This document shows, in pieces, positions 28,251 to 37,091 of a DNA stretch of 53,969 bases; position 1 is the first letter of the stretch, and each line of letters opens with the position of its first letter. The notes under the pieces were generated by a model. The model was not told where the DNA came from. It saw only the letters and a list, made by a program, of their open reading frames with translations, and did not search any database. The position numbers were made by a program, and so were the translations under genes. This stretch comes from Anaerolineae bacterium (GTDB lineage Bacteria; Chloroflexota; Anaerolineae; B4-G1; DUEL01). The DNA lies in the NCBI GenBank assembly GCA_041082215.1, contig JBDOIF010000129.1, positions 1 to 53,969 of the forward strand. The letters run 5' to 3'.

Positions 28251-29536
28251 CTTCCCTCCGCCCGACGACGCTGCCGACGCGGCAGGTCCGCTGGCTCGAT
28301 GCTCACCACCTCCTGCGCAAACACCCGCGTCGGCCCGATCAGCGGCTGGTCCAGCCCGCGCGCCTTCCGCTCCTCACAGATCCGGCAGTTGGGCGGGCAC
28401 TCGAACCGGTAGTCGGCCGGCTCAACGTAGCGGGAGATGACCCCCTCGTAGTTGCGGAAGACGACGACGCGGTCGCCCTGGGAGATCATATAACGGGGGT
28501 GGACCGGCGTCTTTCCCCCGCCGCCGGGCAGGTCAACCATATACTCCGGCACGGCGAAGCCGGTGGTATGGCCGGAGAGGTGTTCTATAATCTCGATACC
28601 GCGGGCGACCGAGGTGCGGAAGTGGGAGATGCCCTGGGAGAGGTCGCACTGGTAGAGCCGGTAGGGGCGGACCCGGTTCTCGATCAGCCGCTGGAAAAGC
28701 TCTTTCAGGATGAAGGGGCAATCGTTGACGCCGCGCAGGAGGACGGTCTGGTTGCCCAGGACGAATCCGGCATCCGCCAGCATCGCCAGCGCCTGACGGG
28801 CCCGGGGCGTCAGTTCCCTGGGGTGGTTGAAGTGGGTGTTGATCCAGACCGGCTGGTATTTCTTGAGCATCGAGATCAGCTCGTCGGTGACCCGCTGGGG
28901 AAGGACCACGGGGATCGCCGTGCCGTAGCGGACGATCTCGACGTGGGGGATTTCGTGGAGCCTGGCGACGATGTACTCCAGCCGCTCGGTGGAGAGGGTG
29001 AAGGGGTCGCCGCCGCTGATCAGCACGTCGCGCACCCCGCGGGTTTCGCGGATGTAGGCGATGGCTTCGTCAATCTCCTTCTGGGGGCGGGGACGGTCCG
29101 TCTCGCCGGCCCAGCGCCGCCGCGTGCAGTGGCGGCAATACATCGAGCACTGATCGGTCACCAGCAGCAGGACCCGGTCGGGGTAGCGGTGGGTGAGGCC
29201 GGGGACCGGGGAGTCGGTGTCCTCGTGGAGGGGGTCCCTCATATCCTCAGGCGCGATGACCTTCTCGCGGAGGGTGGGCACAGCCCGCTGGCGGATCGGG
29301 CAGTAGGGGTCGTCGGGGTCCATCAGGCTGGCGTAGTAGGGGGTGATCGCCATCCGCAGCGTCCCCAGCGACTCCTCGATCAGGGCCTTCTCTTCTTCGG
29401 TCAGCGGGATGACCCGGCTCAGCTCCTCCACCGTCGTGATCCGGTTGGCCAACTGCCAGTGCCAGTCCTCCCACTGCTCCCAGGGCACATCCTGCCACGG
29501 GGGCGGTGGTGTACGTCGGTTCTCTGAAACGCTCAT
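28247..29536 (-). CDS. kamA: Lysine 2,3-aminomutase (radical SAM, PLP)
   Basis: DPLHEDTDSPVPGLTHRYPDRVL, CSMYCRHCTRRR, SGGDP, NTHFNHP, NQTVLLRGVND, QCDLS, PGGGGK (PLP Lys) and C-terminal CPPNCRIC; GGAGG RBS. Confidence 0.92.
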   Translation of the reverse strand: MSVSENRRTPPPPWQDVPWEQWEDWHWQLANRITTVEELSRVIPLTEEEKALIEESLGTLRMAITPYYASLMDPDDPYCPIRQRAVPTLREKVIAPEDMRDPLHEDTDSPVPGLTHRYPDRVLLLVTDQCSMYCRHCTRRRWAGETDRPRPQKEIDEAIAYIRETRGVRDVLISGGDPFTLSTERLEYIVARLHEIPHVEIVRYGTAIPVVLPQRVTDELISMLKKYQPVWINTHFNHPRELTPRARQALAMLADAGFVLGNQTVLLRGVNDCPFILKELFQRLIENRVRPYRLYQCDLSQGISHFRTSVARGIEIIEHLSGHTTGFAVPEYMVDLPGGGGKTPVHPRYMISQGDRVVVFRNYEGVISRYVEPADYRFECPPNCRICEERKARGLDQPLIGPTRVFAQEVVSIEPADLPRRQRRRAEGR

Positions 29537-29555
29537 CCCGGCCTCCGTAGGGGTT

Positions 29556-29613
29556 ACCACAAAGGCGCAAAGACACGAAGGAGATGTTTTTCGTGTCTTC
29601 GTGCCTTTATGGT
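29556..29613. repeat. Imperfect 24-bp inverted repeat built from 9-mer units
   Basis: ACCACAAAGGCGCAAAGACACGAA (29556-29579) versus TTCGTGTCTTCGTGCCTTTATGGT (29590-29613). Confidence 0.75.
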
Positions 29614-29615
29614 TT

Positions 29616-31073
29616 CTAAACCAAAGACGGCAGAGCGTCCATCCCGGCCTGGCGGGCGACGCGCTCGACCACCTCGCGCAGGGCTTTTTCCTTCTCCGGG
29701 GCCATCGGTGGCCGTTCGTAGGCGGCCAGCAGTTCGTTCACCCGTGCCTTTGCCCGCTGGAAGGTGTCCAGACTGCCCTGCTGATGCCAGGTTCGGATGG
29801 AGCCGCGATCGAGCACCGGCGAGGGAAGGTACTGCTCCTGGGAGAACAGGCGGCGGGTGAGCTTCTGTTTGAGGAAATCGCCGCGGAAAGCGAAGTCCTG
29901 GAAAAACTCGATCGCCAGCGTCCCGGTGGGGGTTCCGACCCCGGCCAGCAGCCGTTTGGCCATCCCGATTGCCTCGGCGTCAACGACCAGCTTCTCCGCG
30001 CTCTGGCAGGCCAGGAAGTCGAGCATACCGGCGCCGGAGATCATATTGATCCCGGCCAGGGCGCCGATGAGGGCGGTGACGCCGCTCTCCAGTCCAGCCT
30101 GATAGTCCACCACCTTGGCGTCGGTCGCGCCCAGGTAGGTGTGGGTGGGCAGGCCCAGGCGCTTCCCCACCTGGGCGTAGGCGGCGTCAATCATCGCCGT
30201 CTCGACTGCCCCCATAGGCGTCGTCCCCTGGCGCATGTCGAAAATGGCCGGGGCGCCACCCCAGACGATCGGCGCACCGGGCCCGGCCAACTGATGGATC
30301 GTGATGCCGCTGAGGCATTCGGCCGCATGCTGGACCACCGAGCCGATCAGCGTCACCGGGGCAGCCGCCCCCGCCAGCGGCATGGAGACGATCTGGGCGG
30401 GGACCTTCGCCCGCGCCAGGTCAATCAGGTTCTGCGCCCCGAACTCGCTCCAGATGAGCGGCGGGGAGGGGCAGACGTCGAAGATCGCCAGAGGCCTCTC
30501 CGCCAGCCCCTCCCGCCCGCCGGTGAAGACCGCCAGCATGTCGAACATGACCTGCGTGGTGCGCGTGGAGAAAGCCCCGGTGACGATCGGCTTTCGGGAA
30601 TAGAGGAGGACCAGGTAGAGCCGGTAGAGGTCGCCGATCTCTTTGGGGACCTCGCTGCAGATGACCGCCGTGGACTGGGCATCGTACTGCGGCAACATCT
30701 CGGCGACCTTCACCAGCCGGATCAGGTCCGCCCCCGTCGAGGGCCGATGCTCCAGCGCCTCGGGGTCCAGGATGTGCACGCCGGAGGAGCCGGGGTCGAA
30801 GTGGACGTCGTCACCGCCGTAGTGGACGGCGGGGCTTCCATCCCGGTCGTACAGCCAGAACTCACGGGGAACCGTCTCCAGCGCCCGCCGGACCACCGGT
30901 TCCGGGATATGGGCGACCCTGGCTTCTTCGTCCACCCGGGCGCCGGCATCCGCCAGCAGCCGCAGGGCCTCAGCCGACTGGACCTTCACCCCCGGCTCCA
31001 TCAGCAGGCGAAATGCCTCTGCCAGAACGCGCTCGACCAGTTCATCTGGAAGGAGAGAGATCTTGGGTTGCAT
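29616..31073 (-). CDS. MttB-superfamily methyltransferase, non-pyrrolysine (paralog 2)
   Basis: PSPPL, AGAAAPVTLIG, FDMRQG...GAVE, TDAKVVDYQAGLES and GINMISGAGML. Confidence 0.92.
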   Translation of the reverse strand: MQPKISLLPDELVERVLAEAFRLLMEPGVKVQSAEALRLLADAGARVDEEARVAHIPEPVVRRALETVPREFWLYDRDGSPAVHYGGDDVHFDPGSSGVHILDPEALEHRPSTGADLIRLVKVAEMLPQYDAQSTAVICSEVPKEIGDLYRLYLVLLYSRKPIVTGAFSTRTTQVMFDMLAVFTGGREGLAERPLAIFDVCPSPPLIWSEFGAQNLIDLARAKVPAQIVSMPLAGAAAPVTLIGSVVQHAAECLSGITIHQLAGPGAPIVWGGAPAIFDMRQGTTPMGAVETAMIDAAYAQVGKRLGLPTHTYLGATDAKVVDYQAGLESGVTALIGALAGINMISGAGMLDFLACQSAEKLVVDAEAIGMAKRLLAGVGTPTGTLAIEFFQDFAFRGDFLKQKLTRRLFSQEQYLPSPVLDRGSIRTWHQQGSLDTFQRAKARVNELLAAYERPPMAPEKEKALREVVERVARQAGMDALPSLV

Positions 31074-31097
31074 CCGTTCTCCCCGTTTCTTAATGCC

Positions 31098-31129
31098 GTA
31101 GCGCAAGATTTATCTTGCGCTTGCGCCAC
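31098..31129. repeat. REP-like doublet, family A, internally deleted copy
   Basis: GTAG-CGCAAGATTTATCTTGCGC-TTGCG-CCAC. Confidence 0.8.
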
Positions 31130-31147
31130 AGAGTTCTCTGTGCTTTC

Positions 31148-32599
31148 TCACTTCTCCAGGCTGGCGATGATCCGCTTCAGCTCCGCAGACACTTCAGGGT
31201 CGAGCGGTTCGGGCTGGTGGGTGGCCAGAATCTGCCGGGCCTTCTCCCGCGCCCAGTCGGTCGGCCCGTCCCGCTTTTCCTGCCATTCGGAGTACGGGCG
31301 GCGGTCCATAAACTGCGGCACCCACAGTTCCCGCATATGCTTCTTGGTGTGCTTCTGGGCCAGGAAGTTGCCGCCCGGCCCGACGGCGCGGATCACATCG
31401 AGGGCCAGCGTCTCGTCGTCAACGACGATGCCTTTCATCATATGGTAGACGATGTCGAAGATCTCACAGTCCAGCAGCATCTGCTCGTAGGACCAGATGC
31501 GGCTGCCGTGGAGGAGGCCAACGCCCAGCAGCATATCGGACATCACCAGGCAGGCCATCAGAGTGGAGAGGCTGTTGTCCACGCCAGCCTGCCAGTTCGG
31601 CTCCTTGGCGCCGGTGGCGAAGGAGCCCATGGAAAGGGGGACATTGTAGAAGTCAGAGAGGACGTTGGTGGCAGCGCCGAAGAGGAAATCTTCCGGCCCC
31701 CCGCCGGTGTAGCCGCCGGTGCGCAGGTCCATCGCCGTCTGGGCGGCGGCGTAGAAGACGGGGACGCCGGGGTAGGCCAGCTCGATGAGCGCCAGCGCGC
31801 TGATCACCTCGGCGTTGCCCACCACCAGGTTGCCGGCCAGCGTCGCCGGGGCGGTGGAGGCGCAGGAGGTCATCGTCATAAAGCCCACCGGCAGCCCCGC
31901 CTCCGCCGCGACCAGCGCCGCCTCCAGGCTTCCCCCGTCCTGTCCCAGGGGAGGCGTGGTGCACTGCATAATGGAAAGCACCGGTCGTTTCCGCAACTCT
32001 TCCCGCCCGCCAGCGATGAGAGCGGCCATCTCCACCGCCGCCCGCGCCTCTTCCTCGGAGTAGATGCTCTCCGTCTGGACGTGCTTGGTGGAGTTCTCCC
32101 AGATCACCCGGATTTCATGCAGGCCGCGGGTGTGGGGCGGGCAGTCCTGGGCCGAGACCGGGGTCCAGTGAAAAGCGACCTCCTCGACATAATCGGCCAC
32201 GCGGGCGATCTCCGCCACATCCTGCAGGCGGGAGCGGCGGAGCTCGCCGGTCTGCAGGTCAAGGATCTGCACCCCGCAGCCGTCGGTGCCGACGTAGACG
32301 TGGTTGCCGTCCAGCGGCAGGTCCTGCTGGGGGTCGCGGGCCGCCAGGGTGTAAACCGGCGGGGCCTTTTTCAGGGCCTCCTCGATCAGGTGGCCGGGGG
32401 CCCGAACGATCATCCTCTCCCGGTCCACCGTTGCGCCGTGGGCCTCCCAGATGTCCAGCGCCCTGTGGGAGGGGAACCGCACCCCCACCGACTCGATGAC
32501 ATCGAGGGTGGCGGTATGGATGCGCCGCACGTCTTCAGGGCTGAGGATATCCAGGCTGAGCCGCGGATCGCTGATTGCCTTGATCTTCCCGGCCATCAC
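31148..32599 (-). CDS. MttB-superfamily methyltransferase, non-pyrrolysine (paralog 3; ATG alternative at 32596)
   Basis: IHTATLDVIESVGV, STAPATLAGNLV..NAE, MDLRTG, GAKEPNWQAG and LALDVIRAVGPGGNFL. Confidence 0.92.
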   Translation of the reverse strand: MMAGKIKAISDPRLSLDILSPEDVRRIHTATLDVIESVGVRFPSHRALDIWEAHGATVDRERMIVRAPGHLIEEALKKAPPVYTLAARDPQQDLPLDGNHVYVGTDGCGVQILDLQTGELRRSRLQDVAEIARVADYVEEVAFHWTPVSAQDCPPHTRGLHEIRVIWENSTKHVQTESIYSEEEARAAVEMAALIAGGREELRKRPVLSIMQCTTPPLGQDGGSLEAALVAAEAGLPVGFMTMTSCASTAPATLAGNLVVGNAEVISALALIELAYPGVPVFYAAAQTAMDLRTGGYTGGGPEDFLFGAATNVLSDFYNVPLSMGSFATGAKEPNWQAGVDNSLSTLMACLVMSDMLLGVGLLHGSRIWSYEQMLLDCEIFDIVYHMMKGIVVDDETLALDVIRAVGPGGNFLAQKHTKKHMRELWVPQFMDRRPYSEWQEKRDGPTDWAREKARQILATHQPEPLDPEVSAELKRIIASLEK

Positions 32600-32600
32600 G

Positions 32601-33251
32601 CTACCCCGTCCCTACCAGCCGCCTGGCGATGGCCACTGCGCCGATGGCGTCCTCGCTGTAGCCGTCGGCGCCGATCTCGTCGGCCCAACCCTGGGTGACC
32701 GGCGCGCCGCCGACCATCACCTTCACCCGGGGCCGGAGGCCAGCGTCCTCCAGCGCCTCGACCACGTCCCGCTGCCTGACCATCGTCGTCGTCAGCAGTG
32801 CGCTGATCCCTACGATGTCCGCACCGACCTCGCGGGCCTTTTCGACAAAAGTGGTCACAGGGACATCCACCCCCAGGTCGTGGACCTTGAAGCCGGCCGT
32901 CGAGAGCATCGTCGCCACCAGCGTCTTGCCAATGTCGTGGATGTCCCCCTCGATGGTGCCGATCACCACCGTGCCGAGCATCTGCCGCTCGGTGCCGCGG
33001 CGGGCCAGCTCCGGCTCCAGCACCTCCACGGCGGCCTTCATCGCCTCGCCCGCCAGCACCAGGTCCGGCAGGAACATCTCCCCGGCGGCGAACTGCTCGC
33101 CGACGTAGTTGACGCCGACGACGAAGCCCCTGTTGATCGCCTCCAGCGGGTCAATCCCCCGCTCGACGGCCTCCTGGGCCAGCCGCCGGGCACCCTCCAC
33201 CTCACCGTCTATCACGCTCTGGGCCATCGCCTGAAATAGTTCGTCGCTCAT
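32601..33251 (-). CDS. Methyltransferase cognate corrinoid protein (MttC/MtbC-like)
   Basis: Cap domain GE.FLPDL; B12-binding GDIHDIGKTLV, SALLTTT and GGAP; GGAGG RBS before MSDELF. Confidence 0.93.
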   Translation of the reverse strand: MSDELFQAMAQSVIDGEVEGARRLAQEAVERGIDPLEAINRGFVVGVNYVGEQFAAGEMFLPDLVLAGEAMKAAVEVLEPELARRGTERQMLGTVVIGTIEGDIHDIGKTLVATMLSTAGFKVHDLGVDVPVTTFVEKAREVGADIVGISALLTTTMVRQRDVVEALEDAGLRPRVKVMVGGAPVTQGWADEIGADGYSEDAIGAVAIARRLVGTG

Positions 33252-33296
33252 CTTGTCCTCCTGCAAGGCTCTCCTGGTCATAGCACAGCCGTCTGG

Positions 33297-33325
33297 ATGA
33301 TAGCACACTTCAATGGCAAAGTCAA
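33297..33325 (-). promoter_or_regulatory. Promoter of the leftward operon: TTGACT-N17-TATCAT, extended -10
   Basis: On the - strand: -35 at 33325-33320, TGc, -10 at 33302-33297. Confidence 0.7.
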
Positions 33326-33354
33326 GCAATGCAACGGAAAGCGATTCATATTAC

Positions 33355-33383
33355 TTGCTACAGGTCGAATCCTGTGCTAGAAT
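33355..33383 (+). promoter_or_regulatory. Promoter of the rightward operon: TTGCTA-N17-TAGAAT, extended -10
   Basis: -35 at 33355-33360, TG 33375-33376, -10 at 33378-33383. Confidence 0.7.
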
Positions 33384-33445
33384 AGCCCTAAACTCTTGAT
33401 TTTCGATGCGAAGTTCGTTTGACGGCGAGGGATGAAGGAGGGGCG

Positions 33446-33919
33446 GTGGACGAGCTGGACAGGCTGATCCTGGAGATGCTTCAGGAGGATGGGCGGACCC
33501 CCTTCACCGAAATTGCCCGCCGGGCCGGCGTTTCCGAAACGACGATCCGCACCCGCTACCGCCACCTCACCGAAGAGGGGATCATCCGCACCGTCGGCAT
33601 TGCCGACCCCTACGCGCTCGGCTTCAACGCTCCGGCGCTGATCCACATCACTGTCGAGCCGGGGGAGATTGACCCGATCGCCCGCCGGCTGGCAGAGCTG
33701 CCGGAGGTCAGCTACCTGGTGATGACGCTCGGCGCCAGCGACCTGGTGGCAGAGGTCTTCTGCCGCGACCTGCCCCACCTCACCGACCTGATCACCCGCC
33801 AGATCCACACCATCCCCGGCGTCCGCTCGACCGAGACCCTGATGATCGCCCGCAGCTACAAGCTCAGCTACCGCTGGTCCCCGGTCTGGAACGCCGAAGA
33901 GGCCGCTCAAAAGGAGTAA
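33446..33919 (+). CDS. Lrp/AsnC-family transcriptional regulator
   Basis: DELDRLIL..LQEDGR..FTEIARRAGVSE.TIR.R HTH and a C-terminal RAM domain; AAGGAGG before GTG. Confidence 0.93.
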   Translation: MDELDRLILEMLQEDGRTPFTEIARRAGVSETTIRTRYRHLTEEGIIRTVGIADPYALGFNAPALIHITVEPGEIDPIARRLAELPEVSYLVMTLGASDLVAEVFCRDLPHLTDLITRQIHTIPGVRSTETLMIARSYKLSYRWSPVWNAEEAAQKE

Positions 33920-33925
33920 AGAACC

Positions 33926-35266
33926 GTGATTACCTCAGAAGGTCCCCATCTGATCATCTCCCCCCCTGGGCCGAAGGCCCGGGCGGTCATCGCGCAGAGC
34001 GAGGCGTCGGTCAGCCCCTCCCTCCCCCGCGCCTACCCCCTGGTCCCGGCCCGGGCTGAGGGGGTGTTCGTCGAGGATGTGGACGGCAACCGCTTCCTTG
34101 ACTGCGCCGCAGGCATCGCCGTCTGTTCCACTGGCCACTGCCACCCCCGCGTTGTAGCGGCCATACAGGAGCAGGCGCGGCGGCTGCTGCACATCTGCGG
34201 GGCCGATTTCTACGACCCGATGTACATTAGCCTGGCCGAGCGGCTGGCCCGCCTGGCCCCTGGCGAGGGACCCAAACGGGTCTTCCTGGGCAACTCCGGG
34301 GCCGAGGCGGTGGAAGGAGCGCTGAAACTGGCCCGCCACCACACCGGCCGGCCCTGCATCGTGGCCTTCTTCGGCGCCTTCCACGGGCGGACAATGGGGG
34401 CGGTCTCCCTCACCGCCAGCAAACCGGTCTACCACCGGGGGTTCGGGCCGCTCCTCCCCGGCGTGGTCCACGTCCCCTACGCCTACTGCTACCGGTGCGC
34501 CTATCACCTGACCTATCCAGAGTGCGACCTGGCCTGTGTGGACGCTATTGAGGAACTGTGGCTCCACAAGAGCGTGCCGCCGGATGAGGTGGCGGCAGTC
34601 TTCGTCGAGCCGGTGCAGGGGGAAGGGGGCTACATCGTCCCCCCCCCGGGGTGGCTGGCCAAACTGCGGGCGCTGTGCGACAAATACGGCATTCTGCTGG
34701 TGGCAGACGAGGTGCAGAGCGGGGTCGGCCGCACGGGGAAGATGTTCGCCATTGAACACTGGGAGGTGGAGCCGGACATCCTCTGTGTGGCCAAGGCGGT
34801 GGCCTCGGGGATGCCCCTTTCGGCGATGATCGCCCGCCAGGAGGTGATGACCTGGCCGCCTGGAGCGCACGGGAGCACGTACGGCGGCAACCCCGTCGCC
34901 TGCGCCGCCGCCCACGCCACGCTCGACGTGGTTCTGGAAGAAGGGCTGATGCAAAACGCCACCCGCGTCGGCGGGCTGCTGCTGGAACGGCTGCGGGAGC
35001 TGGCCGCCGAAAGCCGCCTCATCGGCGACGTGCGCGGCCTGGGGCTGATGATCGGCGTCGAACTGGTGAAGGACCGGCAGAGCCGGGAACCGGCCAGGGA
35101 GGAAGCGGAAGCGGTGGTGCAGGGTTGCTTCCGGCGGGGGCTGCTCCTGCTCACCTGCGGCTCCAGCAGCGTCCGTTTCTCCCCGCCGCTCATCCTGACC
35201 CCAGCCCAGGCTGAGACTGCTTTCCAGATCTTCGCCGATGCGCTGGCAGAGGTAGAAGGAAAGTAA
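33926..35266 (+). CDS. Class III PLP aminotransferase (4-aminobutyrate/ornithine/lysine omega-aminotransferase type)
   Basis: PPGPKA, NSGAEAVEGA, FHGRT, EPVQGEGG, DEVQSGVGRTG, AK (PLP Lys) and HGSTYGGNP. Confidence 0.92.
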   Translation: MITSEGPHLIISPPGPKARAVIAQSEASVSPSLPRAYPLVPARAEGVFVEDVDGNRFLDCAAGIAVCSTGHCHPRVVAAIQEQARRLLHICGADFYDPMYISLAERLARLAPGEGPKRVFLGNSGAEAVEGALKLARHHTGRPCIVAFFGAFHGRTMGAVSLTASKPVYHRGFGPLLPGVVHVPYAYCYRCAYHLTYPECDLACVDAIEELWLHKSVPPDEVAAVFVEPVQGEGGYIVPPPGWLAKLRALCDKYGILLVADEVQSGVGRTGKMFAIEHWEVEPDILCVAKAVASGMPLSAMIARQEVMTWPPGAHGSTYGGNPVACAAAHATLDVVLEEGLMQNATRVGGLLLERLRELAAESRLIGDVRGLGLMIGVELVKDRQSREPAREEAEAVVQGCFRRGLLLLTCGSSSVRFSPPLILTPAQAETAFQIFADALAEVEGK

Positions 35267-35290
35267 CCACAGAGACGCAGAGGACTGAGG
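35266..35290 (+). repeat. Degenerate 9-mer repeat AACCACAGAG-ACGCAGAGG-ACTGAG
   Basis: Same family as 18093-18122 and 29556-29613. Confidence 0.5.
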
Positions 35291-35311
35291 ACCGTTCGGG
35301 AGGCACGGACT

Positions 35312-36214
35312 ATGAAGTTGATGTCCATGCGCGACGCCATCGCCACCTACGTGCATGATGGGGACACGGTGGCCATCGAGGGCTTCACAGCCTGTATCTG
35401 CTTCGCCGCTGCCCACGAGATCATCCGCCAGGGGCGGCGCGACCTGACCCTCTGCCGGATGACCCCCGACCTGGTGTACGACCAGATGGTCGCCGCCGGA
35501 TGCGCGCGCAGGCTGGTCTTCTCCTACCTGGGCAACCCCGGCGTTGGCCCCCTCCATGCCATCCGACGGGCAGTGGAAAAAGGCATACCGGCCCCCCTGG
35601 ATCTGGAGGAATATTCCCACTTCGGGATGGTTGCCCGCTACATCGCCGGGGCCTACAGGCTCCCTTTCTTCCCCCTGCGCTCCTATGTGGGCAGCGACCT
35701 GCCGAAAGTGAACCCCCGCATCCAGTTCGTGGAAAGCCCTTACGGCGACGGCCCCATCGCCGTGGTGCCCCCCCTCAACCCCGACGTCGCCATCATCCAT
35801 GCCCAGCGGGCCGATGCCGAGGGCAACACCCAGTTGTGGGGGCTGCTGGGGGCTCAGAAGGAGGCCGCCTTTGCCGCCAGAGCCGTGATCGTCGTGGTGG
35901 AAGAGGTGGTGGACGAAGAGGTTATCCGCTCCGACCCCAACCGCACCCTTATCCCCGGCCTGATCGTGGACGCAGTGGTCCACGAACCCTACGGCGCCCA
36001 CCCCTCCTACGCCCAGGGCTACTACGACCGGGACAACGACTTCTACCTGCGCTGGGATGAGATCAGCCGGGAGGAGGCCACCACCCGCGCCTGGCTGGAG
36101 GAGTGGGTCTATGGCCTGCAGGACCGGGCGGAGTACGTGCAGAAGATGGGCCCGCAGACCTGGGAGCGGCTCCGGCCCACCCAGGCCTGGTCCCGACCGG
36201 TCAACTATGGATAG
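35312..36214 (+). CDS. Family I CoA-transferase subunit A (CatI 3-oxoadipate / GctA glutaconate type)
   Basis: DGDTVAIEGFT, HEIIRQG, RMTPDLVYD, GNPGVG, GSDLPKVNP, IHAQRAD.EGN and HPSYAQGYYDRDN. Confidence 0.9.
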   Translation: MKLMSMRDAIATYVHDGDTVAIEGFTACICFAAAHEIIRQGRRDLTLCRMTPDLVYDQMVAAGCARRLVFSYLGNPGVGPLHAIRRAVEKGIPAPLDLEEYSHFGMVARYIAGAYRLPFFPLRSYVGSDLPKVNPRIQFVESPYGDGPIAVVPPLNPDVAIIHAQRADAEGNTQLWGLLGAQKEAAFAARAVIVVVEEVVDEEVIRSDPNRTLIPGLIVDAVVHEPYGAHPSYAQGYYDRDNDFYLRWDEISREEATTRAWLEEWVYGLQDRAEYVQKMGPQTWERLRPTQAWSRPVNYG

Positions 36215-36216
36215 CA

Positions 36217-36241
36217 GGACAACTGCAAGCAGTTGTCCCAC
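36217..36241. repeat. REP-like palindrome, family B
   Basis: GGACAACTGC-AA-GCAGTTGTCC-CAC (reads GTGG-GACAACT on the - strand). Confidence 0.7.
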
Positions 36242-36256
36242 ATCGCAGAGGTGCAT

Positions 36257-37018
36257 ATGAGCGAGTACTCTCCCTCCGAGATGATGATTGTCGCCGCGGC
36301 GAGGGCGCTGGCCGGAGTGCGGACCGTCTTTGTCGGCGTGGGACTGCCCAACGTCGCCTGCAACCTGGCCCAACGGACCGTGGCTCCCGAGCTGGAGCTG
36401 ATCTATGAGAGCGGGGTCTATGGCGCACGGCCGGCCCGCCTCCCCCTCTCCATCGGCGACCCGACCCTGGTGACCGGCGCCCTTTCCGTCTGCTCTATGG
36501 CCGACCTCTTCGGCCTCTACCTCCAGGGAGGACGGGTGGAGGTGGCCTTCCTGGGCGGCGCCCAGATTGACCGCTACGGCAACCTCAACACCACCGTCAT
36601 TGGCGACTACACCCATCCCAAAGTCCGCCTGCCCGGAAGCGGCGGTGCCTGTGAGATCGCCATCCACGCCCGGCAGGTGTTTATCATCATGAGGCTGAGC
36701 CGCCGGTCCTTTGTGGAACGGCTGGACTTCCTGACCAGCCCCGGCCATCTGGGCAGCGCAGAGGAGCGGGGGCGGCTGGGGATGCCCGGCCGGGGGCCGC
36801 AGGTAGTCGTCACCGATCGGTGCGTCTTCCGGTTTGACCCCACCAGCGGCGAGATGGTGGTGGTGAGCCTGCATCCGGGGGTTCGGCTGGAAGAGGTGCA
36901 GGGGGAGATGGGCTGGGCCCCCTGTGTCTCCCCCGATCTGAGGGAAACCGAGCCGCCCACCCCGGAGGAACTGCGCCTCCTGCGGGAGGAGCTGGACCCC
37001 CAGGGGATCTATCGGTGA
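36257..37018 (+). CDS. Family I CoA-transferase subunit B (CatJ/GctB type)
   Basis: [22 protein letters not shown] (catalytic Glu), [19 protein letters not shown] and RLPGSGGA. Confidence 0.9.
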   Translation: MSEYSPSEMMIVAAARALAGVRTVFVGVGLPNVACNLAQRTVAPELELIYESGVYGARPARLPLSIGDPTLVTGALSVCSMADLFGLYLQGGRVEVAFLGGAQIDRYGNLNTTVIGDYTHPKVRLPGSGGACEIAIHARQVFIIMRLSRRSFVERLDFLTSPGHLGSAEERGRLGMPGRGPQVVVTDRCVFRFDPTSGEMVVVSLHPGVRLEEVQGEMGWAPCVSPDLRETEPPTPEELRLLREELDPQGIYR

Positions 37019-37043
37019 TGGGGGCAGGTTCCAGAGCAGGGTC

Positions 37044-37071
37044 TCACACGTCATACGTTATGCGTCATACG
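37044..37071. repeat. Degenerate heptamer tandem, four copies (TCATACG)
   Basis: TCACACG TCATACG TTATGCG TCATACG. Confidence 0.6.
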
Positions 37072-37091
37072 CCGTCCAAGGAGAGTGCAAA

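Noticed and set aside
28247..29536. kamA as EF-P beta-lysylation (epmB) or osmolyte synthesis (ablA) gene
   Set aside because: No efp/epmA or ablB nearby, full-length clostridial-type C-terminus with a Cys cluster, and a catabolic context. Not excluded genome-wide.
33935..37054. 1039-aa ORF on the - strand
   Set aside because: Antisense shadow of three well-supported + strand genes; no motifs. Long shadow ORFs are expected at this GC content.
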